Source of the DNA: Octopus vulgaris | Lineage: Eukaryota | NCBI GenBank assembly: GCA_951406725.2 | Contig: OX597835.1 | Location: 45,942,001-46,006,000, forward strand | Reading direction: 5' to 3' | DNA length: 64,000 bases | Shown: piece by piece, positions 40,818 to 54,610 of the stretch | Layout: each line of letters starts with the position of its first letter | Numbering within the stretch: position 1 is the first letter of the stretch | Notes under the pieces: model-generated | Databases searched by the model: none | Told to the model about the DNA's origin: nothing | Seen by the model: the letters and a program-made list of their open reading frames with translations, nothing else | Made by a program: the position numbers and the translations under genes

Positions 40818-42664
40818 TGTCTGTATCTGTGTGTACATAAGATGCATTCTCGTTTCCATTCCTATAACATTATCGAACGACGATGTTCAATGCATTCCCT
40901 TCAGTTTGAAGCAATTCCCGTTGCTCTTCCTAGCAGGATCGTGCAGTCACTTCGAAGCTGCACTGTCTGTCATCTTCGACCCTGCTGGACCTCGATTCGC
41001 ATATCCATGCATTCGCACAGATCTCAATGAATGAACGCATATACATCGTCTTCTTTAGTAAACTTCGTTTTACGCATAAGTGAAAGATGAGAAGAAGCAT
41101 AGGGATCCCTGGGTTATTTTGCATTAGATTAAATGACTAAATAATAATATTTCATATAAACAAAGGAAACACAAACATTATCGTTGAAACAAACATTATG
41201 GGAAAACATTCTCTACGCTCTATTGGCTACATAATGATGAATCACTCAAGTTACTGCAATCGATAGAAAATATTTAATTACACAGTTTAGCCGAAAAGAA
41301 AATTGTTGATTTTCAAGTAAACCCATTAACTAAAACAGAATAGCAAAACCTAAAAACAACTGTTCTGCCACTAAAAAGATAATTAGAAGAATATGGACGA
41401 AATATGATAGACAGCAGATGTCTTTCATCGCAATTTCATTTATCAAGGGATGTAACGAAGAGTTGAATAGTTAGAAAGGATACATTACGTGTCTAGAGGC
41501 CTGTGATGCATTATATATTGATTCAACATGAACCGACAAAAACCAACAATGATTCCTGTATGAGAACTTTAGACCTGCTGGGAAAAGCAAAGAAATCCCT
41601 CGCAAAATATAAACTATGGTTTTGGAAGTGTTGGGAAGAACGTAAAATTCCGTATCTACATTCCATCAGACTCTCTAAAAATTCTGCCATGCATTATAAA
41701 TAATAAATATTTAACAAGCACAAGTATACGAACTTTGAGGGAGTCTTTAGTCGATTTCATCGATTCCAGTAGTGAATTGATAATGTAATCTATCGATCCC
41801 AGAAAAAGCTGATTTCACAGGGGATTTTACTCAGAAAATATGTAGCCGGAACAAAATGGGAAATGCATTTTGTCTGATGTAAGTAATGGATCTAATTTCT
41901 ATTAATTAAAATAGTTTCTGATTCAGACAGAAAGCCACCAGTTTCGATGAGAAGGGACTAGTCGACAACATTGACCTCGGAACTTCTGTAGTATTGTATT
42001 ATATCAATCCCATTGGGATGAAAGACAAATCTGACCTTGGCGGGATGTTATTGATGTTCTTGGTGTGAATATTTAGGCATCCTATAATTAGAAAGCCATC
42101 CCACCCCGCTCATCGCATCTGACTTGTGGTGCCGGAATATATAAAGAATACTTTATCAAACATCTACACTTCTATATAAAGAATACTTTATCAAACATCT
42201 ACTCTGCATCTACTCTTAAAACGTCAGAATGAGAGTTCAAGCAACTGTGTTTTCTAGCTAATAAATATCTTCCTCACTGGCAAGTCTGGCGTCAGATTAT
42301 ATTTACGTGTATTAGCTCTAAAATTGGTGAAATAGCCATTTCGTGCTATCGCTAATGAACGCAACAGAAGACTTTTTTCTTTTTAATTAGCAGGGGTGAA
42401 TTACGATGAGATAGGATTCGCTAGGCAGCCGGGGATTCCTATCTTCGATCATTCCATAATATCAGCGACGATGGTGGTCTTTTATCTCTTACTTGATTTA
42501 GTCGTTGGACATGGTTTGAAGAGTTTAGTCAAATAAACCGATCCCAGAAGTAATTTTTTGAATCCAGTATTCATTTATTGGTACTCTTACATCGAAGCAC
42601 TGAGATACTGGCACGTAAGCAAGGCAAGCCTGGTTGGCAAGTGTTCACAGACAAAGACACACAC

Positions 42665-42709
<45 letters not shown>

Positions 42710-42836
42710 GAGGGAGAGAATGAGCGAGATAAATTGATAGACAGATAGAAAGATATATATACATTAATAATAATACATATATATACGTATATATATATAT
42801 ATATATTTTTTTATTTTATTTTATTTGTATTCCTTT

Positions 42837-42870
42837 CTGTTGAAGAACGGAGGTTCGAAACGTAAAAGAC
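42837..42870 (+). ncRNA. Hammerhead-like core within a dispersed-repeat fragment
   Basis: CTGTTGA-A-GAAC-GGAG-GTTC-GAAAC-GTAAAAGAC: a CUGANGA-like box (A6 changed to U), a perfect 4-bp stem II and GAAA. Stems I and III are not evident. Confidence 0.4.
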
Positions 42871-43309
42871 TTTCTCACCTTCCTGAGCGTCAAACTAATA
42901 TACCTCCTTGTTGTTTGTACACTTGTCTTCGTCTTTTGATTTTCTATCCAATGAATATGTACCAACATCAACCACAAAGAAATTTGAACTACTGGAGGGG
43001 AATATGTAACATGATCCAAAACCTCACAATCAAAACAGATAATTTCTCTCTTAGTCCACAACTAACTAATCCACACAAATATCTTAGTAACGTGTTTGAA
43101 GTTAGGTAGAAAGAAAGACGTTTTGAGGGAAATGGGTTAGCAGAATCCATTGGCACCAGCACTTGGATGTTATAAACATCAAAAACATGAGAACTCAGGG
43201 ATTATGAAATGCTCGATTAAATAACACAAGGTATTTTCTTACTTGTTAATTATCGCCTTCTAAATAGGGTTTAGAGTTTGGGATGACAGCCAAAACCACG
43301 TGTTCAGCT

Positions 43310-43445
43310 GCTACTGGTTCCCTTCGTCCCGAAGCGATGAAAGTCAAATCGACCGCGGCAATAGTTGAACTCATAACGAGAAGTACCTAAAGAAATACTG
43401 CTAAGCATTTCGGTCGATGCGCTAATGATTGTGCCACCTTGCTGT
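43310..43445 (-). mobile_element. Degenerate SINE type C
   Basis: CCCGAAGCGATGAAAGTCAAATCGACC...GTTGAACTCA...GAAATACTGCTAAGCATTTCG. Confidence 0.65.
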
Positions 43446-45071
43446 CTATATATAATGGTCATAATAATTTCTTATATTGACACAATGCCAAACTCTTTTC
43501 AGTCCCATGAGATCCAGTAACTTAAATGGTATTGGTGTTATTGACCCCCACTGCAGATAAAAAGCCAAAACTTGATCTGACTGAGAATTCATAGCAGACA
43601 TAAAAGGAACATATGTAAATTCTAAAAAGCGTTTTGGCCACCACGGACCGCTACCACCGCTTTACTGATTTTGCTAAATGCTGACACAAAAGAAACGTGA
43701 AATAAACAATATTCGATATTATTGGAGTTATAATAACCTGACAATATCATATTTCATTCTTCGGTCGCCGAGTCATAACGATTAGTAATCTTTCAAAATG
43801 ACAGTTTAGAGACATTTGTTATGAAGACGAATAAGAAAGCTACGGTAATATATTATAATTAGGATTAGTCTAATTCTACACACACACATATAACTAAATG
43901 TATATGCACCTTTATATACATAGAGAGAGAAGTGTGTTGTACAGTCAACCGTCATTAGCTAGCGAACGTAATTTGGTAACATAAATCCTGTTATTTTGTA
44001 ATTGACTTCGTTGTTGCTAATAGATGTCGTTACGACGTCGGTTCTCTTTTGATCGAAGCAGCAACACGTCCGAAATATGAGGCGCTGGAGGTTGAGAAAG
44101 AGAGTGATGCCGAGAGAAATAAAGAGAGAGAGAGAGAGAGGGTGGAGGGGGAGAGAGAGCGTTGAAGGGATGAAGGTTATGCAAGCAATGTGCCGGATTT
44201 CCTTTATGTCTGAATATAACAGAATAACGTGAAGCAAATTTAAGTGACTTGTTCAAGAACACAACCTACAAGCTGATCCTCGAGTTGAAACCACGACTGT
44301 ATCATCATGGGCGGAAAGCGCTAATGACTAAGACACGTTCACAGACGTGTGTGTACGTACACACACTCACACATACACAACCTCATCAAAATGAAGAATA
44401 ATGACATGAAATGAAGAACAATAGCAACCACTCTATGTTTTCTCCGATTCCTTCCTAATTCTAGAAAATACTACTCTATAACAAACAAGAAATAATAAAC
44501 CATGCTTTTCTATAATTAAAATAACGAAATGACACCAGAATTGAGAAAAAAAATTTAGTAGCTCAAACGAAATCCTACGTCGTGATCTCTAAATTTTCTT
44601 CGTTCCTGCGAGACAAATTGGTCTTGAGCTAATGCAAAAAAAAACCTCATTTATTTCAACTTGTCTAAATGTATGATTTAGCAGAATCGTTAGTGCGTCC
44701 GCCAAAATGACATGTAGTAATTCATTTCGTCTTGTTATTTCTATATTCACTTCCCTCCAGTATCGACTTTGCTTTTCATCCTTCTCGGTTGCAAAAATTA
44801 AAATACCAGTCAATTATTATTTTTGGTTGTGTGGGTCTACTAAATAAAATTAACTTAATTTCATAGACTAAACCAATTCGATCAACTCGTTTTTTGACTC
44901 ACTACATTAGTTATACTAATCTGCGCTTAACTATATAATCTGAATACAGAAGACGCCTGTGGGAAATTGTTCAACGTTTCAAGAATGTATGAGGGGACAT
45001 GAATACCCGTTGGGAAGAAAATGGACAGTAAATATCAAAAGAAAGAGAAGTGATAATGGAATGCAGAATAA

Positions 45072-45072
45072 A

Positions 45073-45138
<66 letters not shown>

Positions 45139-45228
45139 GTGATGATGATGATGATGATAATGACGGCGACGACGACGACGATGATGATGATGATGATGAT
45201 GATGAGGAGGAGGAGGAGGAGGAGGAGA

Positions 45229-45291
<63 letters not shown>

Positions 45292-45431
45292 GTGATGATG
45301 ATGATGACGGCGACGACGACGACGATGATGATGATGATGACGAGGAGGAGGAGGTGGAGGATAATGATAATGATGATGATGATGATGATGATGATGATTG
45401 TGATGATGATGATGATGACGGCGACGACGAC

Positions 45432-45463
<32 letters not shown>

Positions 45464-45760
45464 CGAGGAGGAGGAGGTGGAGGATAATGATAATGATGAT
45501 GATGATGATGATGATGATTGTGATGATGATGATGATGATGACGGCGACGACGACGATGATGATGATGATGATGATGACGAGGAGGAGGAGGTGGAGGATA
45601 ATGATCATGATGATGATGATGAAGACGACGAAGACAACGGTAAAAATCCTCATGGTCAGGATCAGGATTTCGCCACCGATGATCATGATAATGATGATGA
45701 GGATGTTGATGATGCTGGCTACATTTTTGAAGATAACGAGGAGAAGCATTGAAGAGTTTT
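45072..45760. repeat. (GAT)n-based trinucleotide array with four higher-order units
   Basis: The unit ATTGTG-(ATG)n-ACGGCG(ACG)n-(ATG)n-(AGG)n recurs, with ATTGTG at about 45136, 45289, 45397 and 45517. Confidence 0.9.
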
Positions 45761-46087
45761 GATTGCAACGAAGAGAGCATAATGATGGTAACGACAGTAA
45801 TAGTGAAGATAGGAGGAAGGAAAGAATGAATGAATGAATGAAAAGAAGGAAAGAAAAGATGGAAGGAAAGAGAGAAAATGTGAAATGGAGCAACAAATGA
45901 AGGACGAAACCAAGAAAGGTCAGGAAAAAGAACGAAGATCGAAGAGAATATGAAACGGAAAACGGAAACGAAAATAAAAACCTATGCAAGAAGTAAAATG
46001 GCAAAGTTCGCCATATTTGTTGGAACAGTACACGCAACCACCATTTACTAAACACCGACAGACATATCGTTGCATTTAGTCGCTCAC

Positions 46088-46124
<37 letters not shown>

Positions 46125-46144
46125 ACACACATACACTCACACAA

Positions 46145-46179
<35 letters not shown>

Positions 46180-46187
46180 CACTCACA

Positions 46188-46228
<41 letters not shown>

Positions 46229-46235
46229 GCTCACA

Positions 46236-46272
<37 letters not shown>

Positions 46273-46522
46273 TCACACACACAAACTCACACATACACTC
46301 ACTCTCAGAAACACACAGATATTTACATGTTCACAAACTCATACATATATTCATACACGTTCGTTGAAATTTACACTCGCTTATTGAAAAGTATAATCTG
46401 AAGACCGCCATTTTATTATTTTTTATATAGTTTTTCCAGTTCAATAGTTTAAAACAGCCACCATCACTCTTCAGCAAGATAGATGAGTTTCGTTTGTATT
46501 TTGTGAATCGTTTCGTTAATGC

Positions 46523-46523
<1 letters not shown>

Positions 46524-46607
<84 letters not shown>

Positions 46608-46678
46608 TTTTACTATTATTATCATTATTATTGTTATTATTATTATTACTATTATTACTATTATTATTATTATTATTA

Positions 46679-46748
<70 letters not shown>

Positions 46749-46816
46749 TATTATTATTATTATTACTATTATTACTATTATTATTATTATTATTACTATT
46801 ATTATTATTATTATCA

Positions 46817-46872
<56 letters not shown>

Positions 46873-46875
46873 GTT
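46524..46875. repeat. (ATT)n microsatellite
   Basis: Directly visible. Confidence 0.97.
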
Positions 46876-47608
46876 ATTTGTTCCTTTTTGATATTTTTCC
46901 TGTTTTTTGTCTAATTTTTAAAATTTTATTTCTTATTTATTTATTTATTTATTTTTGATTTACCCAAACTGATAGAAAACCCTCATAGAGAAAACGTATG
47001 ATTGCTTGATTGCATACGAGAAATTCATTAACTGGCAGAACATTCAAGACAGGAAGAGTGCATTAAGAATTAAAAGTGTGCGAGGTTTTTGATGACTGAG
47101 TAAATTAAATTGGATTTCTCTAACGCAATCTTTTTTATTTTTTTCTTCTGTTTTCTTTTCAGCGTTCCCTCCACATTCTAACGTTAGAAAATAATACACA
47201 GCAAAACAAATAAATAAAATCTAGAAAAAAAATATAGACAGAATTACAAAATGTTGAGAGGCAAAAATAAAAAAAAAATATAACAAAAAAAACAGCATCA
47301 ATCTAGATTTTCATGAAGCTATTGAGGCGCTAAGCTACTAATACAGTAGCTTTTGTGTCATCGCCGTTGTCACCTTTAATCGTCTCCGTAGTGAATGTCG
47401 CCATCATTGCTTGATTGTGCTTCCATAGTATTCTTTCAGTCGTATGTCCATTTGTATATTTGTTCAATTATTTGTCTGTTTGTTTGTTTGTTTCATGGGG
47501 GCTGCTTTATAGCTCTTTGCTTTTCGAGGCTGACATGTTACTTTGTTCTACTACGCTTTAGCTACAGCTGATTATCCGCAGATTGTGAAAATACCGTGTA
47601 ATAAGATA

Positions 47609-47670
47609 CTAAGTGTCTTATTGGAATGCAAGGTCAATCTATGTAGAGTAAATCTAGGGAATGAAACGCG

Positions 47671-47721
<51 letters not shown>

Positions 47722-47948
47722 AGGGGAGAGAGAGAGGAATAGAGAGATAGATAGATAACGTTAGACTATAGGATTTATATATATACATATATATATATAT
47801 GTATGTATATGTATATATATATATATATATATATACATATATATAAACATATATATATACATATATATATATATAAATATATATATGTATATATATACAT
47901 ATATATATATGCATGTATGCGTATATATACATACATATATACATATAC

Positions 47949-47995
<47 letters not shown>

Positions 47996-48377
47996 TATAT
48001 TTACATATATATACATATATATATATATATGTATATAAGTGTCTTATGGGAACGCAAGGTCAATCTATGTAGAGTAAATCTAGGGAATGAAATGCGGGTT
48101 ATATATATATATATATATAGAAATAGAGAGATAGATAGATAACGTTAGACTATAGGATATATATATACACATATATATATATGTATATATATGTATATAT
48201 ATATATACATATATATAAATATATATATATATATATGCATATATGCATATATATATACATACATATATACATATACATATACATATATATACATATATAT
48301 ATATACATACATATATATATTCATATATATATATATATATATGCATATATATTCATACATATATACATATTCATATA

Positions 48378-48432
<55 letters not shown>

Positions 48433-48460
48433 AACACACACATATATATATATATGTATA
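47609..48460. repeat. Local tandem duplication (about 430-bp period) of unique sequence embedded in (TA)-rich tracts
   Basis: AAGTGTCTTAT.GGAA.GCAAGGTCAATCTATGTAGAGTAAATCTAGGGAATGAAA and AATAGAGAGATAGATAGATAACGTTAGACTATAGGAT each occur twice (47610/48037 and 47738/48122). Confidence 0.9.
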
Positions 48461-48887
48461 TGAACTTTTCAGCCTAATACTGGTTGGAGCCTAATTTGCT
48501 GATCTTGTGATGAATAATATATAAAAGGTGTTTCCTTGTATGATTAGAATTGATCTCGCCCCTCATCATCCCCTCAAACCCTTTTTCTCATACATATTTT
48601 TTCCCATTCACACTCTACTGCTTCGCAGAATTACTTATGCCTCTTCTCTCCCGCTAGATTCCCTGTCCTTATCGAATTTATAGTTTCCACTGCAACTATG
48701 AAGCAATGAAGTATGCGAAATCTACATCATCTATTAACATATTTTAACATATATTGGCATAATTTAGTAATTTAGCTGCGTGCCTGGCTGAAAGTAATGT
48801 AACGGACATAGACACAGAGCACGGAGGCAAATAATATTCAAACCCATGTATTTCAACCAATTTTCTAATCTATTCCTTGTGCTAAAG

Positions 48888-49378
<491 letters not shown>

Positions 49379-49393
49379 AGTAGCATCAGCAGC

Positions 49394-49471
<78 letters not shown>

Positions 49472-50849
49472 AGTGGCAGCAGCAGCAGTAGTAACAATGT
49501 ATTCAGTTGTGTATCCAATCCTTCTGGACCTGAAAGCAGTGAGCTGGCAGAATCGTTACGCTTTGGGTTCAAATGGTCAACAGTGACTTTTCATTTCTTC
49601 ATTTTGTGATTCTTAAAATAAGTGATATGTAAGCACCAGGGTCGATTTTGTGGACTCCCTCTCTCTTGACTCTACTGCAAGCATTGCACCAACATTTGAA
49701 CTCATTAGTAGTAACCTTTATTCCCGATTCCTCATCACTTTCATGTCGTTAGCATCGTTTCGATACTTAATTCACACAGGATATAACACACGTCCAGCGA
49801 AATGGGACTGAAACCGAAACCACATAGGTGCAAAGCGAATTTCTGAAGCAGTCAATCACGTTGCTAATTCGTTGAGGAAGTTTTCAATATTATTCTTGCT
49901 ACGCAATGTCATAGAAATTTTAACACTTGCTTCCAAGAGCATTAATACGTAGTTAGTATTTCATAGAATCTTCCCCGTTCACACTACGGTAACGCTATAC
50001 GTTGAATGTAACTGGTTAAATTCGAATCTTTATATAAACCGACATCATTTTAAACGCTGACACTCAGCAACAATTTATAACATGATTTTATCAATAACAC
50101 GTTCAAATGGAGTGAATTCTTTATGTATTTGATGATAATAAGCTTTGGTAATAATAATAATAATAATATTAAGTTCATATTCTCTTTTGACCCAAGCCAT
50201 TGTAGAAAAGCCGCTCACTATACTCCTATGTATCATACAATACAACCATTTCGACGATATATTTTCTATACTGTATGATTGTATTGAAAATTTCACTACG
50301 TAGAGGTGCCATCATTTTCAATATAGGTGATGTTGGGAAATTGGGCAGAATTCTTGTTAATGTTCGTTCTCATAACCTAATAGATTATATAAAGATTTGG
50401 TGATAAAAGTATAATCAATAGATTCGAAAATACTGCCTCTCTGTTCGTATTTTATTTATTGGCCAGTTATTGATGGAATACAGTAACTGTTATTGTTTTC
50501 TGTCCTTTTATTCTTAGATCCTCTGTATTTCGAACCTGAGCGGGGTTACGTGCCCTGTGATAAATATTCTACACACTTGCTAATAATTATTTAAGCTGCA
50601 GTTGTATAGATATCTCCAAAAGAGTACAATAATACTTCCAAGTTTTTGCTAGTATTGTCGTGACAATTTGCCTTTAGTCCTTCGGCATTGTTTATATGTT
50701 ATGGTTCAATACTGAGTTACAGCACCTGAGCTCGCGTCGACATTCAAGTCAGAAATATTTGGTGAATTATGCCAAAACTCTTTTCGAATATAAGCAAATT
50801 ATTATTTTCCTAGTCTCAAAAACAATTTTAAATTCCGATTTCCTAGCTC

Positions 50850-51045
50850 AGTGGCCCCCAACCTTTTCCCAGTGGTTCCCAATAGTGGTTCCCAACACCT
50901 TTATTCAAAAGAGTTTTCCCACGGACCCCTTATAATATGCTTATCCTTAGGTATGTATATATGAAATTTTGAATTTAGTTCATGGACCCCAAGCACTACA
51001 GTTGCGGACCACCAAATGTCAGCGGAACTCGGGTTGGGAACCACG
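50850..51045. mobile_element. hAT (Charlie/MER5-like) MITE remnant
   Basis: CAGTGGTTCCCAA-type termini with a matching GGTTGGGAACCAC right end and internal GGACCCC / GCGGACCAC motifs. Confidence 0.6.
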
Positions 51046-51140
51046 ACCCTAGTTGTTTCATCTGAAAATTACTAGGATACTAATACTACATAAAAAATTT
51101 GGGAGAAAGGACACTAAGCGTTTTCTCCGAGGCACTAACT

Positions 51141-51461
51141 GAAGAAGAAGAAGAAGAAGAAGAAGAAGAAGAAGAAGAAGAAGAAGAAGAAGAAGAAGAA
51201 GAAGAAGAAGAAGAAGAAGAAGAAGAAGGGACGACGAAGAAGAAGAAAGAGAAGAAGAAGAAGAAGAAGAAGAAGAAGAAGAAGACGACGAAGAAGAAGA
51301 AGAAGAAGAAGAAGACGAAGAAGAAGACGAAGAAGAAGAAGGCGAAGAAGAAGAAGAAGAAGAAGAAGAAGAAGAAGAAGAAGAAGAAGAAGAAGAAGAA
51401 GAAGAAGAAGAAGAAGAAGAAGAAGAAGAAGAAGAAGAAGAAGGAGAAGAAGAAGAAGAAG
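51141..51461. repeat. (GAA)n polypurine microsatellite
   Basis: Directly visible. Confidence 0.97.
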
Positions 51462-51912
51462 CAACATGTTTGAAAACTACAAGGCAGTGTTTTTCACCCA
51501 CAATATAAGTCTATGACTAATACGTTTTAACGAAAAGAACAGATGCGGAAGTTAATTTAGGAGGTCTTAATGTCTACGCGGTGATGAATTCCACTGCAGT
51601 GAACAGCAATATAATCTAGCTCAGCAGTTCGCAGATATTTCAGGCTGCCGACCCCTTAACCCGCAGTCCACATTCCTAGCGTGCCCACCAGTACTCATCA
51701 CCGCAAACTGACCCTAATTTCAGCAGCAAATTCAAAACAGCTATTTCACAAATAAAACCTAACCTAATTAATCCACTATTTCGTTTTTGTTTACATCCAT
51801 TGCCCCCTTTTGGCCACCCCATTATCATCCTACTTAACTTCATGCCCCCTTGGATCTCTACACCGCCTCCAAAGGAGCGAAACCGCCCAGTTTGGGAACC
51901 ATTGATCTACCT

Positions 51913-52678
51913 CTGTTGTTCTCAACAGGGATCTATATGACTCTTGGGGATCTATGTGGCCTTTAGGAGTTCATATGGCTCCTGGGGGTCCATAGAAGAC
52001 TTTTGTGGGCCCAGCAAGTAAAATAGGAAATTGGGAAGCCACAGTAATATGTGAAGGGTTCATGAAAATATGTTGCTTTAGACGTATTTATTGCAAGAAA
52101 CAGGTAGGTTTCTTTGTCTAAAACTTTACGAAGTGCAACCTACACAGTTTATGTACGTTGAGGCGCAATGGCCCAGTGGTTAGGGCAGCGGAACCGCGGT
52201 CATAGGGTCGCGGTTTCGATTCCCAGACCGGGCGTTGTGAGTGTTTATTGAGCGAAAACACCTAAAAGCTCCACGAGGCTCCGGCAGAGGATGGTGGTGA
52301 TCCCTGCTGTACTCTTTCACCACAACTTTCTATCACTCTTACTTCCTGTTTCTGTTGTACCTGTATTTCAAAGGGCCGGCCTTGTCACTCTCTGTGTCAC
52401 GCTGAATATCCTCGAGAACTACGTTAAGGGTACACGGGTCTGTAGAGTGCTCAGCCACTTACACGTTAATTTCACGAGCAGGCTGTTCCGTTGATTCGTA
52501 TCAACCGGAACCCTCGTCGTCGTAACCGACGGAGTGCTTCCATTCCATGTACGTAAATCAAAATAGTAATTTCGAAAAAAAACATTATCTACAAAGCTAG
52601 ATTGTGAACAACAAGTGGCTATTGGGGTCCACCAGAAAATGATTGCAATCAAAGGGATCCATAGGTTGAGAACCACTG
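51913..52678. mobile_element. hAT-like MITE interrupted by a SINE
   Basis: Termini CTGTTGTTCTCAAC (51913-51926) and GTTGAGAACCACTG (52665-52678), with internal GGGGTCCA subterminal motifs. The 8-bp TSD is not preserved. Confidence 0.65.
52159..52546 (+). mobile_element. tRNA-derived SINE type B, full length with target-site duplication
   Basis: TGGCCCAGTGGTTAGGGC (A box), GGTTTCGATTCCC (B box) and a TTCCA-TTCCA tail, flanked by ATGTACGT at 52151-52158 and 52547-52554. Confidence 0.93.
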
Positions 52679-53543
52679 AACCAGTTGATCATTAACAGAG
52701 TGATATTAGAATTCAGTATGATTCAGTGCTAAAGTCAAATCAAAGTGAAGTCCTTCTCTCTTGGTATTGATTAGAAAAGGATTAACAAAATAGAATACTT
52801 GCCCCGAAGTAAAGTATTTAGAAGTATTTCTAAGATCCAACCAGGCAAAAACAAAGTGTCCATTATCAACATTCCGTAGAGTGGCGCACTAGATGACATA
52901 ACAATTAGTTTCGTGCCTCTGTATAATTTAGCCCCCGTACAATATCGATCTCCCTGCCTATTATCCATTACACAAGCTGGTACACTCAGCACCTCATTTA
53001 CACACATAGAGAAGCTCTCAACACCACTTAACAGCAGTGAGAAGAATTACCAATTCTGTAATTTCTATTCTCTAGAGTCTCCATGTTTATTCGCAGACTA
53101 ATTCGTGTGTAAAAATGTTCTGAAAGTCTTAGACTTAAAAGCCTCGATGTACTTTAAGAGCCACTTATCTCGTGTTGCTATAATTAAAGGATTAATGCAC
53201 ACGGATTCATTAAATCGAAAGCAAATTCTCCAGTGATCGGAATTAATTGAGAGTATTTCAAACTTTCTAAACCCATTCACTCGCTTATTCCGATTTAATA
53301 CCATTATCACAGAACTCGTTGTAAGTTACTCACTTTAGATTTGATGAGAGAATATATATTTAATACAATAAAAAAAGTAAAAGGAAAAGAGTGCTTAGCA
53401 CACTTATTGTGATATGATTTATAAACACACACACACACACGGATGCATATATATATATATAAACACATTTATTCATGTATATATATGTACAAATATATAT
53501 ATATATATATATATATGAACACACATGCATATACATACATATG

Positions 53544-53606
<63 letters not shown>

Positions 53607-53763
53607 ATATATATATATATATATACATATATTTATATATGTACATGTATAAAAATAGATGTATATAAGTACACACACACATATATAATAAATATACACG
53701 CATACACACATATATACACATACATATGTATATACACACATATATATAAACAGATAGTAACAG

Positions 53764-53820
<57 letters not shown>

Positions 53821-54610
53821 CAGATATACACGTGCGCGTGTGTGTATTGATTTATTTTCATTGGAAACAATGGTAAATATTAGCAAAGAAAATTATAGAC
53901 TGTCTAAATTCACTATAGGTGGCGCAGTATATTGGTGGTAATTTTATTAATTCAAATGTGATGTATGCTCCAAGCCATTTCCCATGTATTTCAAATATAG
54001 TATTCTCTTTTAACTTCTCCCTCATCGCCTATGTCACGTCCTAACACGAACTTATAAATTTTCCCTAGGAAATACCATGTAGATATGTTCTCCTCAATAT
54101 CCGCTTTTTTTCTCTTTTAAACATCAGTATTATAACTTTTTGATATATAAATTGTATCACCACTATTCAATGAGCCAAATATTTGAAATTATTGCTGAAA
54201 TGTTATCAAAAGCGTACTCGATGTAACTCTTCTTTCAATTTTTACGTTATTAAATAAATATTTTTTTTAAAACATAGTTTATATTTCGAGTGATATCTAG
54301 CCAATATTTTGAGCATATCTCTCAATTACATTCTGTTCACATGTTGGGTCACGTTATTATTTGTCGTATATCATTTTTTTGCAACAAAAAAGTGATATAA
54401 AATATTTCTTAATTTTCCCTATACGAATCCACTAACATTGCTAGTAAAAAGGATTTCCGTCTGATGTTCGTTTGTGTGTGTGTGTGTGTGCGTGTATTTC
54501 AGTGTTTTCCTATGTCACGTTCAAATATTCCAGGGTTTAACACCAATTTTCACACCTGGGCTGTGAGGATGCAAGAAATCTGGAGTTTTCTCTGTTTTTG
54601 TTCAAATCTA

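Noticed and set aside
40846-41040. GC-richer unique stretch with overlapping ORFs (possible exon)
   Set aside because: No recognisable domain, and no convincing splice-site pair could be assigned.
52161-52235. tRNA gene
   Set aside because: The A/B boxes continue into a SINE body with a TSD and there is no proper acceptor stem. The same applies to the other SINE heads.
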